Positions 30,518 through 39,361 of a stretch of 64,000 bases of DNA are shown piece by piece. A program made the position numbers and the translations under genes. The first letter of the stretch is position 1; the number at the start of each line of letters is the position of its first letter. The DNA is from Nanobdellota archaeon (lineage in GTDB: Archaea > Nanobdellota > Nanobdellia > Woesearchaeales > UBA583). The stretch covers positions 1,012 through 65,011 of the forward strand of contig JAIUMM010000003.1 in the NCBI GenBank assembly GCA_022565615.1, written 5' to 3'. The notes under the pieces are model-generated. The model made no database searches and was not told the DNA's origin. It saw only the letters and a list, made by a program, of their open reading frames with translations.

Positions 30518-30808
30518 ATGAATAGAGAAGTTACTGACGAAAAATTGAATAAGTATTTTGATGTATCAACAAGAGCATATAATAAAGTGAAAATTGTAGC
30601 TCCAAAAGGAACTCATCTCTACAAAATGGCTGTTGATTTTTTAGAAATGGCTAAAAATTATATTGATGATGCTCATCATTTCAAAGAAAAAGGAGAAATT
30701 GTAACAGCGTTTGCTGCTCTAAATTATGCACATGGGTGGCTTGATGCTGGTGCAAGAGGAGGATTATTTGATGTAGAGCATGATAGTGTATTATTTACAG
30801 TAGATTAA
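30518..30808 (+). CDS. DUF357-like helical protein
   Basis: 96 aa. AFAALNYAHGWLDAGARGGLFDV resembles the conserved core of archaeal DUF357 (from memory). Confidence 0.45.
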   Translation: MNREVTDEKLNKYFDVSTRAYNKVKIVAPKGTHLYKMAVDFLEMAKNYIDDAHHFKEKGEIVTAFAALNYAHGWLDAGARGGLFDVEHDSVLFTVD

Positions 30809-30905
30809 TAATTTATGATAAAAACCAAGAGAAATATCTTGTATGGAGCATTAAAGTGTATTGTTTAGAGTTTTAATATATTAAAATATTTAAAAAAAAT
30901 TCAAA

Positions 30906-31688
30906 TCACTTTAAATCTAGTTCTGATTCTATTCTCCATCCATCTACTTCAAATCCTCCCATCTCCTCCAACACATACTTAACTAAATCTTCTAATACTT
31001 TCATTTTAGAACTCATCTCAATATTTTTTGAAATTAATGTTAAATACTCCTCTCTAAAATATGAATCAGTAAATTCTTGAACTAAATATTTATCTCTATA
31101 ACTTTCTTGAGTTAAATATCTCTCAACTCTCTCACTACTAATAATTGGAAGTCGTAAAAATTTAGCATATGTAACATATAAATTTGAATATATAAACGTG
31201 TAAAAACTCAATTCAAAACTCTTCTCCTCTCTTTGATATGCTTCTTGTAAATTATCAAATCCATCCCACAAAGAATATTTCATTATCTCAATTTGAATAG
31301 TATTTAACTCTTTAAATTTTAAATTAAGTGTTTCTTGTGCTCTTAATTTTAATTCTTGAGCAATACTTGAATTTTTTTGATAATATATATTCCCTGTATG
31401 AATCATATGAGCAGTATTTTGAGTATTTGAATTATACTCTTCTTTAAAATAACTCTCAACTTGACAAAGAGGATTAACAAAATACTCCACTAATACACCA
31501 TTAATAATTTTATTTCCTCTTACTCTAGTATGTATAGAATTATTTGTTACAATATGCACATCAATATCACTATGTTTTGAAGGATTGCCAGTAACATAAC
31601 TTCCACAAATAAAAATAACTTCAACCTCCTCTTTATGTATCCAATTTTGTAAAAATATATCAATAATTTGTTTAATTTTTATATCCAT
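30906..31688 (-). CDS. nucleotidyltransferase (Pol-beta superfamily, KNTase-like two-domain architecture)
   Basis: GSYVTGNPSKHSDIDVHIV (GS...DxD NTase motif) followed by a helical C-terminal domain; 260 aa. Confidence 0.6.
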   Translation of the reverse strand: MDIKIKQIIDIFLQNWIHKEEVEVIFICGSYVTGNPSKHSDIDVHIVTNNSIHTRVRGNKIINGVLVEYFVNPLCQVESYFKEEYNSNTQNTAHMIHTGNIYYQKNSSIAQELKLRAQETLNLKFKELNTIQIEIMKYSLWDGFDNLQEAYQREEKSFELSFYTFIYSNLYVTYAKFLRLPIISSERVERYLTQESYRDKYLVQEFTDSYFREEYLTLISKNIEMSSKMKVLEDLVKYVLEEMGGFEVDGWRIESELDLK

Positions 31689-31768
31689 ATCAATATTTAA
31701 AATTAATAATATTTAAAATTACGTTATTTTAATAAAACGCACATTTAAAAAGATAAGAATATAAGAAT

Positions 31769-32077
31769 ATGCCCGTGAACAAAATAAAACTAATCATTCT
31801 ACCACTAATGTTAATAATTTCTTTTCTAATAACAGGTTGTGTAGCCCAAAATATTGAAGAAATAAAGCATGAAGATAATATTGGAAAAACTGTTACTGTA
31901 AAAGGAACTGTTTCAAATTCAATTAAAATTGGAGAACTCTCAGGATACCTTATAACAGACAATAAAGGTGATACTATTGCTATTTCCTCAGACTCAATAC
32001 CTGAAAATGGAGAAGAATTAAGAGTTTCTGGAACCTTAATGAGAGATACTATATTTGGTTATTATATTAAAAATTAA
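31769..32077 (+). CDS. small lipoprotein with OB-fold-like domain
   Basis: Signal peptide plus lipobox LITGC. The beta-rich core TVTVKGTV...ELRVSGTL is OB-like. Confidence 0.45.
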   Translation: MPVNKIKLIILPLMLIISFLITGCVAQNIEEIKHEDNIGKTVTVKGTVSNSIKIGELSGYLITDNKGDTIAISSDSIPENGEELRVSGTLMRDTIFGYYIKN

Positions 32078-32134
32078 ATAAATAATAATCTTGAAAAATA
32101 ATAATAATAAATATTTAAAATTATTTAACTGTTT

Positions 32135-33475
32135 TTAAAATTCTCTTTTTTGTTGGTCTTCAAGCAAAAATACTGTTTTTCCAAGTTCATACCCCATCTC
32201 TTCAGCTACTTCAACAATTCCTTCTTTTAGAACAACTGGACCGTGAGCTGGAACTAAATATTTAGGATGAACCATATTTAGCATATCTCTATGATCTTCT
32301 CTTGAAGCGTGACCTGATACATGTAAATCCCTATAAATTTTACAATTAAACGCTTCTAATTTTCCTTGTAGAACTTGTGAAGCCTCAATATTAATTTGAG
32401 TTGGGATAACTTCTGAGGAAAAAATTACTTTATCATCTGCTTTTAATTCATAAGGAGTTCTCCCTTCTGCAATTTTTGAGAGAACTGCATTATCTTCTCC
32501 TTGATGTCCAGTACATACAACAATATAATCTTTTTTATTTTTATTAATAATTTCAAGCCATTTATTTACCTCAGCTGGACTCTCTGCAATTTCAACCCCT
32601 TTTGCTTTAAAATCAATAATTCCTGCATTTTTAGCAGCTCTACAATATTTAGACATACTCCTTCCTAAAAATACAATTTTTCTACCAAGTTCTTGAGTAA
32701 GTTCCATAATTGATTTTAATCTTGTAATATGACTTGCAAACGTTGTAATAATTACTCCTTGAGTATCTACAATATCTGTTTCAATAAATACATCTCTTAA
32801 CATCTCTTTTACTACAATTTCTGATAATGTTTTTCTTTTATTATTTGAACGAACAGAGTCAGCAATCATTAACTTAATCCCCATTTTATCAAGTTCTTTA
32901 AGTCTCTCATAATTAGTTCTTTGCCCAAGAGCAGGTCTATTATCAAATTTAAAATCCATTGCATATAAAATAATCCCCTCAGGTGCATGCATTGCAACAA
33001 CAGCTGATTGAGGTGTTGAGTGAGTCACATTTACAAATTCAATTTTCATACCAGCAGGTGTTTCAAATGATGAATTTACATTTACTTTAATAAATTTATT
33101 TTTAAGACCTTCTCTGATAGTCATTTGAGATTTCATCAAAACTTTTAATACTTCAATAGTGTAAGGTGTTCCATAAATTGATGCATTTGGGAATAATGAA
33201 GCCATATATTGCACTCCTCCAACATGATCTAAATGAGCGTGAGTTACAATAATTGCTTTAACTTTCTCTTCTTTTCCTTTAAGCATTGTAGGATCAGCTA
33301 CAATTCCTTTCTCAACAATTTCATCAAGAGCCATTTTATCAACTGCATCATTATGAGCAATTAAATTTGATAATTCAAGTCCCATATCACAGATGATAAT
33401 TTCATCTTCAAATTCAAACGCAAACATATTACGTCCTACTTCATTCACTCCTCCAAGTGTATATAGTGTTACCAT
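32135..33475 (-). CDS. rnj: archaeal RNase J (beta-CASP metallo-beta-lactamase)
   Basis: VTHAHLDHVGG (motif 2), further beta-lactamase/beta-CASP motifs (HVSGHASRED), and 446 aa as in archaeal RNase J. Confidence 0.85.
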   Translation of the reverse strand: MVTLYTLGGVNEVGRNMFAFEFEDEIIICDMGLELSNLIAHNDAVDKMALDEIVEKGIVADPTMLKGKEEKVKAIIVTHAHLDHVGGVQYMASLFPNASIYGTPYTIEVLKVLMKSQMTIREGLKNKFIKVNVNSSFETPAGMKIEFVNVTHSTPQSAVVAMHAPEGIILYAMDFKFDNRPALGQRTNYERLKELDKMGIKLMIADSVRSNNKRKTLSEIVVKEMLRDVFIETDIVDTQGVIITTFASHITRLKSIMELTQELGRKIVFLGRSMSKYCRAAKNAGIIDFKAKGVEIAESPAEVNKWLEIINKNKKDYIVVCTGHQGEDNAVLSKIAEGRTPYELKADDKVIFSSEVIPTQINIEASQVLQGKLEAFNCKIYRDLHVSGHASREDHRDMLNMVHPKYLVPAHGPVVLKEGIVEVAEEMGYELGKTVFLLEDQQKREF

Positions 33476-33908
33476 TTTTCAACGTATAATATCAATACTT
33501 TAAAATGCGAAATAAAACTAGTCATACTCTTTTTTCAACTTCCAAAGACCAAACTAAAAAAAATAAAAACGCATCTTAAACGTATTCTAATAAATACTAT
33601 GTAATGAGTATTTATAAAACTTTGTTGAACTATAAGTTGAATTGAGTATAAATTTTAGATAGGTAAATTTAAGTTTGATTTTTTCTTCATCTAAATTTTG
33701 TATTTCCATTTTTATTTCACTATTTTGATTAATTAAGCTTGTAAATAATACTATCTATATGGATCAAATAATTGCTTTGAATCTTGATAATAAAAAAACG
33801 CTTTATCTTTAAATTTATCAAATAATACTCTAGATTCAATATCTTGTGAAATATCTACACTGTCAAATTTAATATATTCAAATAGTTTCTCAAATCAATT
33901 ATAAGTAA

Positions 33909-34625
33909 TTTTTTCTCTCCTCTTTTATTTGTGGAATTTTAAATAGAGTTGAAAATTCAGATGAAATTGTAATTGTTTGTCATGGATTCTCTTCAACTAA
34001 ACATAATGTTTCTGGAGAAATAATTGAAGAAGAATTATCTAAGCTTAACATTTCAACTCTTAGAATTGATTTAGATAATCAAGGAGAGAGTGAATTAGAA
34101 TTTAGATATGGATTTGTCAGTAATTATATTAAACAAGTAAATTCGACAATTAAGTATTGTCAAACACTTGGATTTAAGAAAATTAATTTAATTGGTGGAA
34201 GTTATAGTGGAGTTGTAGCCCTTGCAGTTGCATCTCAAAGAAATGATTTGAAGAGATTATTTTTACGATGTCCTGGAATTGGTACATTTTATTATCAATA
34301 TTTAAAAGATAAAAGCTCTCAAAATTATCTTGGTGTTAAAAATGGAGGAATTATTAAAACTCACGATGAAACATTCAATATTGAAATATTAAATGATATA
34401 GAACAATACTATCCTCTTTCTCATCTTGCTCAAAAAGTAAAAATACCTGTTGGAATTGTACATGGTGATTGTGATGAAATAATCCCGTATCAAGATACAA
34501 TTAAGTTTTCAAAGTATATTGAGAATTGTTCTCTACATATTATCAAAGGAGCAAGACATAATTTACAAGTTGAAGAGAATCATAATGAATTTAGAAAAAG
34601 TCTAAGAGAATTTTTTAAGAAGTAA
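33909..34625 (+). pseudogene. alpha/beta hydrolase lacking a recognisable start codon (5'-truncated or non-canonical start)
   Basis: The frame is open from the stop at 33906-33908 and reads ...CGILNRVENSDEIVIVCHGFSSTKHN...INLIGGSYSG...HGDCDEIIP...GARHNL (oxyanion HG, GxSxG, Asp, His). There is no in-frame ATG/GTG/TTG before the TTG at 34248 that the ORF track used. Confidence 0.5.
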
Positions 34626-34645
34626 TTATTAAGAATAATTTAAAA

Positions 34646-35359
34646 CTAATCTGATTTAATTCTCAAAATCCCATAACTTCTAAAAGAAATTCCTGTCCTT
34701 GGATCAACAAAAAATATTTGAACATTACCAGTTACTAGTTCATTAGCACTAAAAGTGTTTAAATCACATTGAAATGTCATCTCTCCCCTATGTGCTCTTA
34801 AAAAGACAACTGGAGAATTTTTTTGAGAGTCTATTTGTGTATCTGAATTTTTAACTTGTATAGCATTACATTTAGAAATTTCATCAAATGAATTATTATC
34901 AATAATAGTTATGGTTGATAATCGGGTTTCAAAAATTTCTGTAGAATTATGTCTCATTTCAATTCTTTCATTTCCATTATATGTGAAAAAAAGAGTTATT
35001 TGTTGATTAGAACTTAAAGCACTAGAATACTCAATATTCCCTTTCAAATTGTTAGTTAAATCTAGTATTTCTGCTTCTAGTGATTCAAAATCTATTTGAT
35101 AAAAAATAAAAGCACCTATAATTGTTAAAATAATAGGAACTAAAATAATAACTAATATAATAACTATAATTAATACTATTATCCAAGTATTATTGGTAGT
35201 AGCAGTTCTATTTTTAATATCTTTATCATAAATCTCTTTTGTAACTTCTTCTATCTCTTGTTTATCATATCCATTTCTAAGAAGTTCTTGAACTAATTGT
35301 TCTTTAGAATAAGAGTTTTTATTACTCAAGATATAGCTTTTAATATTCTCTTTAGACAT
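34646..35359 (-). CDS. single-pass membrane protein with extracytoplasmic beta-rich domain, unknown function
   Basis: 237 aa: cytoplasmic helical N-terminus, one TM (WIIVLIIVIILVIILVPIILTIIGAFIF) and a C-terminal domain. Confidence 0.45.
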   Translation of the reverse strand: MSKENIKSYILSNKNSYSKEQLVQELLRNGYDKQEIEEVTKEIYDKDIKNRTATTNNTWIIVLIIVIILVIILVPIILTIIGAFIFYQIDFESLEAEILDLTNNLKGNIEYSSALSSNQQITLFFTYNGNERIEMRHNSTEIFETRLSTITIIDNNSFDEISKCNAIQVKNSDTQIDSQKNSPVVFLRAHRGEMTFQCDLNTFSANELVTGNVQIFFVDPRTGISFRSYGILRIKSD

Positions 35360-35459
35360 TTTAATTAATAATTTTGTTATAGCTATATTTATAATAATTT
35401 GTATAATTTAAAAAAATATTCTCCACCATATTTATAAATTACTACTAACTAGTAATCTT

Positions 35460-35867
35460 ATGATAACTGAAATTTTATTTCCTGAAATTGACAGATTGGG
35501 CATAAGTTCATTAGAAAGAACTGAATCTTTTAAATTTCCTTCTTATACTGATAAATTAAGAGATTATGGATTTTATGAAGTCCCAAAATAGTGTATTGTT
35601 TTATTTAAACCTATTTTAGTGGATTACCTTAAAGGCAAATACAAAAGACCTGCTAGAAGAATTATGTCTAAACCTTTTGAATACCAAATTGTTTCAAAGG
35701 TGGAAGATGATTGTTTAGTTCTTGAAAGAACTAATTCTCAATTATCTCTTAAAATGGAAAATCTCTTTAATGATATAAACACTAAAAGGTTATTAGATTC
35801 TACTGTAAGTGGAGTTATACCTAGAAGATTGCTCTCATTAGATGAAGTTTTAACAAGATTTAATTAA
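35460..35867 (+). pseudogene. 135-codon frame interrupted by a single in-frame TAG (35589-35591); unknown family
   Basis: ATG at 35460, 43 codons, TAG, then the same frame continues through the GTG used by the ORF track (35619) to the TAA at 35865-35867. Confidence 0.4.
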
Positions 35868-35910
35868 TTTTCTCCAACACATTTTTAAAACTCTGTGTAT
35901 TATATATTCT

Positions 35911-36186
35911 ATGATTACATCACAAGACAAAAAAGAACTTAGAAGAATGAGTGAAACATTAAAACCTCAATTCTTCATTGGTAAAAATGGAATAACGCCA
36001 GAGTTTATTCAAGAATTAAAGACATATTTTGAAAAATATGAATTAGCTAAAATTAAATCACATAGTGCAATTAATTCTGACTCTTTGACACTTCAAGCTC
36101 AAGAACTTGCACAAAGAATTAATGCTCAAATTGTAACTAAAAAAGGATTTGTATTTACTTTATACAAAGAAAGAGATGAAAATTAA
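35911..36186 (+). CDS. CRS1/YhbY (CRM-domain) RNA-binding protein
   Basis: LRRMSETLKPQFFIGKNGITPEFIQELKTYFEKYELAKIK matches the YhbY pattern (LR..a..l.P.v.iGk.Git....e.i...l...ELiKvk). Confidence 0.8.
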   Translation: MITSQDKKELRRMSETLKPQFFIGKNGITPEFIQELKTYFEKYELAKIKSHSAINSDSLTLQAQELAQRINAQIVTKKGFVFTLYKERDEN

Positions 36187-36542
36187 TTTTTAAAAAACTT
36201 AGAAATATTTGCTTCTTTATATTCATCTCCTTTGATCATTTTTTGAGAAGAATATGTTTTACTCATTTGTGATTTATGTACTTCTTCAAATATCTCATCA
36301 ATTACATCTTGAAGTCCATGTTCTAATATTGTTCCATATACACAGTATAAAATGTCACATAATTCTTTTGCAATGTTTTCTGGGTCATTATCCTCAACTC
36401 CTTTAATATATTCATCCACTTCCTCTTTGATTAAATTAAATCTTAATTGTGCTCTATCTCCAATTTCTGCTCTTGGAGTTTCAAGAATTGGAACATTAAA
36501 TTTTTTATGAAAATCTTTAACTAATTCTAATTGTTTATTCAT
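36183..36542 (-). CDS. MazG-like nucleotide pyrophosphohydrolase
   Basis: LRFNLIKEEVDEYIKG...AKELCDILYCVYG (EExxE...D metal-binding helices). The ORF-track start is TTG at 36605; the first ATG is at 36542. Confidence 0.7.
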   Translation of the reverse strand: MNKQLELVKDFHKKFNVPILETPRAEIGDRAQLRFNLIKEEVDEYIKGVEDNDPENIAKELCDILYCVYGTILEHGLQDVIDEIFEEVHKSQMSKTYSSQKMIKGDEYKEANISKFFKN

Positions 36543-36638
36543 ATTAATAATAAATATGTAATATTTAAGTATATTTTCATTGAATTTATATTTTCTCAAT
36601 GACAAAGATTTTTAAAATAAAAATTTATTCTTTATTTT

Positions 36639-36860
36639 ATGGCTAAACGAAAAAATATGCTCCCCTTTACTCCAATTGGAGAATTTATGCATGAAAAATC
36701 TCAATTAAGAATTGGTACTGATGCAAAAATAGAAGCTGAAGCAGTTCTAGATGAATTGTGTGAGAAAATAGTGTCACAAGCAGTATTAATTTGTGAACAT
36801 TCTAAAAGAAGTACTTTAAATGGAGAAGATATTAAACTAGCATATAAACAAATAAAATAA
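36639..36860 (+). CDS. archaeal histone (HMf-type histone fold)
   Basis: LPFTPIGEFMHEKSQLRIGTDAKIEAEAVLDELCEKIVSQAVLICEHSKRSTLNGEDIKLAYK; 73 aa. Confidence 0.85.
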   Translation: MAKRKNMLPFTPIGEFMHEKSQLRIGTDAKIEAEAVLDELCEKIVSQAVLICEHSKRSTLNGEDIKLAYKQIK

Positions 36861-36923
36861 AAATGAAAAAAAATAATAAAAATATTTTTAACATCTCAAA
36901 TCATAGAGGTGATTTATAACATA

Positions 36924-37142
36924 ATGAGAAAAAATGTAAAAGGAAGTCCCTTTCCAAATTTGGCACTCAATAACATTATGAAGAAGTATGGAGCTCACAG
37001 AGTAAGTGAAGAAGCACGAGTTGAACTTAGAAAAATTTTAGAATTAAAACTTGAAGACATAACAATTAAAGCATCACAAATTGCAAAGCATTCAAAGAGA
37101 AAAACAATTAATTCAGGAGATGTGAGAATTGCAAATAAATAA
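36924..37142 (+). CDS. archaeal histone (second paralogue)
   Basis: FPNLALNNIMKKYGAHRVSEEARVELRKILELKLEDITIKASQIAKHSKRKTINSGDVRIA. The ORF-track start is GTG at 36909; the first ATG is at 36924. Confidence 0.8.
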   Translation: MRKNVKGSPFPNLALNNIMKKYGAHRVSEEARVELRKILELKLEDITIKASQIAKHSKRKTINSGDVRIANK

Positions 37143-37156
37143 TCTATTAATATTTA

Positions 37157-38110
37157 TTATATAATCTTTCTAACTTCTCTTAATTCTAAATTTAATCTAT
37201 ATACATTTGAATTAGATGTGAATATATAAACAATATTTTCATCATTTAAATCATACTCAAATTGAAGAATAAATTCATTTTCTTTTAATTCTAAATTTAA
37301 AAATCTCATAACTTCCTCATCACCTAAATTTAAATTTTTTCTAACAATTTCAAAATTTCTAAATAGCAGTAGTTCTTGACTATTTTGAGGATTTACTCCA
37401 ACCCCTCCAAAAATTCCTCCTTCAATTAATTCCCATGTTTTTCCAACATCTTTACTTTTAAATAATCCTTCAAATGTTGCACCATAAAGAAGTTGAGGAT
37501 TTTGAGTATCAAATACTAAACAAGGAGCTCCTGCACACGCTCCAGAAGGTAAATTTGTATTAAATCTTTGCCAATTAATTCCCCCATCTTGAGTATTATA
37601 AATTGCACCATGATAATATCCTACAACATTATCTGAGTTAACTATACTAAGTGCCATTGAATGAAAATCCAAAGGTCTATTAGTTCCAATATTAGATAAA
37701 ATTCTACTCCAATTTTTCCCTCCATTTTTAGATTTCATAACTCCCAAATTTCCTGTAAATGGAGCATGTCCACTTGCATACATAATTTGAGGATTTTCTT
37801 TATTAATCACAAATGCCATATAATCATACGATGTTTCATTTAACCAAAATAAATCTGAATTCTCAACAACATATATTCCAAAATGAGTTGCTAAAAATAA
37901 TTGTTCATTTATTGAATCATATTGAATTGCGTGAATATGGTTATGATAATTTTCTCCATGAATTGAATCTACTTCAATTAGTTGAGCTGAAAATGTACTA
38001 CTCTCATATTGATTTGATACAAAAATTCCAAGAATATACAAAAGATATAAACTTACTAGGACTATAAGTATAAATACTACACTAAGCACATATATATTTT
38101 TAAGTTTCAT
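37157..38110 (-). CDS. membrane-anchored BNR/Asp-box beta-propeller protein (Ycf48-like)
   Basis: N-terminal TM followed by three Asp-box repeats: SKNGGKNWSRI, TQDGGINWQRF, SKDVGKTWELI. Confidence 0.6.
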   Translation of the reverse strand: MKLKNIYVLSVVFILIVLVSLYLLYILGIFVSNQYESSTFSAQLIEVDSIHGENYHNHIHAIQYDSINEQLFLATHFGIYVVENSDLFWLNETSYDYMAFVINKENPQIMYASGHAPFTGNLGVMKSKNGGKNWSRILSNIGTNRPLDFHSMALSIVNSDNVVGYYHGAIYNTQDGGINWQRFNTNLPSGACAGAPCLVFDTQNPQLLYGATFEGLFKSKDVGKTWELIEGGIFGGVGVNPQNSQELLLFRNFEIVRKNLNLGDEEVMRFLNLELKENEFILQFEYDLNDENIVYIFTSNSNVYRLNLELREVRKII

Positions 38111-38152
38111 TTTATTATTTTATATTATTATTTTAAATATTTACTACAAATC

Positions 38153-38773
38153 TCATTCTAATAAAGAATTCATTAACGTTATCTCTTCTTCTTGAACTCT
38201 AATTATTTCTTGTGCGAGTTCTTTTACTTCATCTCTTACATCTTCAATTTCTAATACACTTTGAGCCATAATTATTGCCATTTGATGATGCATTATCATT
38301 CCCATTAAATAAGCATTATCTCTATTAGTTCCTTGCAGTTGAGTCAAATCTGGCATCATTTGCATATAATTAGATTCATAAACTTCATCTGAGTACCAAC
38401 TCTCTAACCACATTTGCATCATTGAGATTTCCCCTTCTTGTGCAACTATAACTTCATTGAGTAATATTTTTAATTCTTCATTATTAGTTCCAAGCTGCAG
38501 TAGTTGTCTTGAACTATCAACTGCTTCTTGATGATGAGGAATCATTTCAATAATAAACTCTAACTCAGAACTCACCTCATGCATCATCATAGAATGATCC
38601 ATTTGATTTGAATGTATCATATTATTAGTATGCATAGAATTATGCACCCCACCCATATAATTTCCACCAATCATATTATGATGTGTCATTATTGAAAAAC
38701 CAGCTATTATAATTGCAATAATTGATAAAACTATTGCAACAGTTGTAATTATAATTATTATATTTTTATTCAT
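38153..38773 (-). CDS. DUF305 (ferritin-like four-helix) protein, membrane-anchored
   Basis: Duplicated MIPHHQEAV / MIMHHQMAI motifs plus a His/Met-rich linker (HNSMHTNNMIHSNQMDHSMMMH). The internal ATG at 38773 is preferred because the ORF-track start leaves only 28 nt to the divergent gene. Confidence 0.7.
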   Translation of the reverse strand: MNKNIIIIITTVAIVLSIIAIIIAGFSIMTHHNMIGGNYMGGVHNSMHTNNMIHSNQMDHSMMMHEVSSELEFIIEMIPHHQEAVDSSRQLLQLGTNNEELKILLNEVIVAQEGEISMMQMWLESWYSDEVYESNYMQMMPDLTQLQGTNRDNAYLMGMIMHHQMAIIMAQSVLEIEDVRDEVKELAQEIIRVQEEEITLMNSLLE

Positions 38774-38867
38774 AATAGTAATTACATACATGTAACTATA
38801 TATAGAATTTCTTGTAACTATTCTTCCTAAAAGATACATTTAAATATAATTCTCTACAAATTTAGTT

Positions 38868-39341
38868 ATGGAATCAAAAAATAAATTATTAATTCTAACA
38901 CTTTTAATTTCAACTCTTTTAGTTTTATTTAGTCTAACTATTGTATCCTATTTTTTCTTAAGTTTTGAAACTAATAATTCTTTAATTAATTTTTTTGTTA
39001 CCTACCATTTATTATTTATGTTTATTGTTACAATTCTCTCATTAATTATTGGAGCTTATTCTTACTTTATAATTTCAAAAGATTTATACGAATATTCTAA
39101 AATTAAAAAAGACTTAATTAATGAATTTATTAATTTCTTAGATAAAGATGAAAAAGAAATTATTGATTTTCTTTTACTAAATAATGGTGTTTCAACCCAA
39201 TATGAATTACAACAAATATCTAATTCTCACAAAGTGAAATTACACCGATTACTTGAAAAATTAGAAGAGAGAAAAATTATTGAAAAGAAAAAAATTGGAA
39301 AAATGAATAAAATTTATTTAAATAAACAACTCCTTTATTAA
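38868..39341 (+). CDS. membrane-tethered winged-helix (MarR/TrmB-like) protein
   Basis: Two or three N-terminal TM helices, then EKEIIDFLLLNNGVSTQYELQQISNSHKVKLHRLLEKLEERKIIEKKKIGKMNKIYL (a wHTH pattern). Confidence 0.5.
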   Translation: MESKNKLLILTLLISTLLVLFSLTIVSYFFLSFETNNSLINFFVTYHLLFMFIVTILSLIIGAYSYFIISKDLYEYSKIKKDLINEFINFLDKDEKEIIDFLLLNNGVSTQYELQQISNSHKVKLHRLLEKLEERKIIEKKKIGKMNKIYLNKQLLY

Positions 39342-39361
39342 AAAAAAATTATAATACTAAA

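Noticed and set aside
10854-35591. Genome-wide reassignment of TAG (for example to pyrrolysine or another amino acid), suggested by two in-frame TAGs (10854-10856 and 35589-35591)
   Set aside because: TAG terminates at least six well-conserved genes at their expected C-termini in this window: secY 7406, rps24e 12333, rps7 13319, the rlmN-like gene 22026, cdc48 25713 and radA 29030. TAG is therefore a normal stop. The two cases are treated as lesions or local events.
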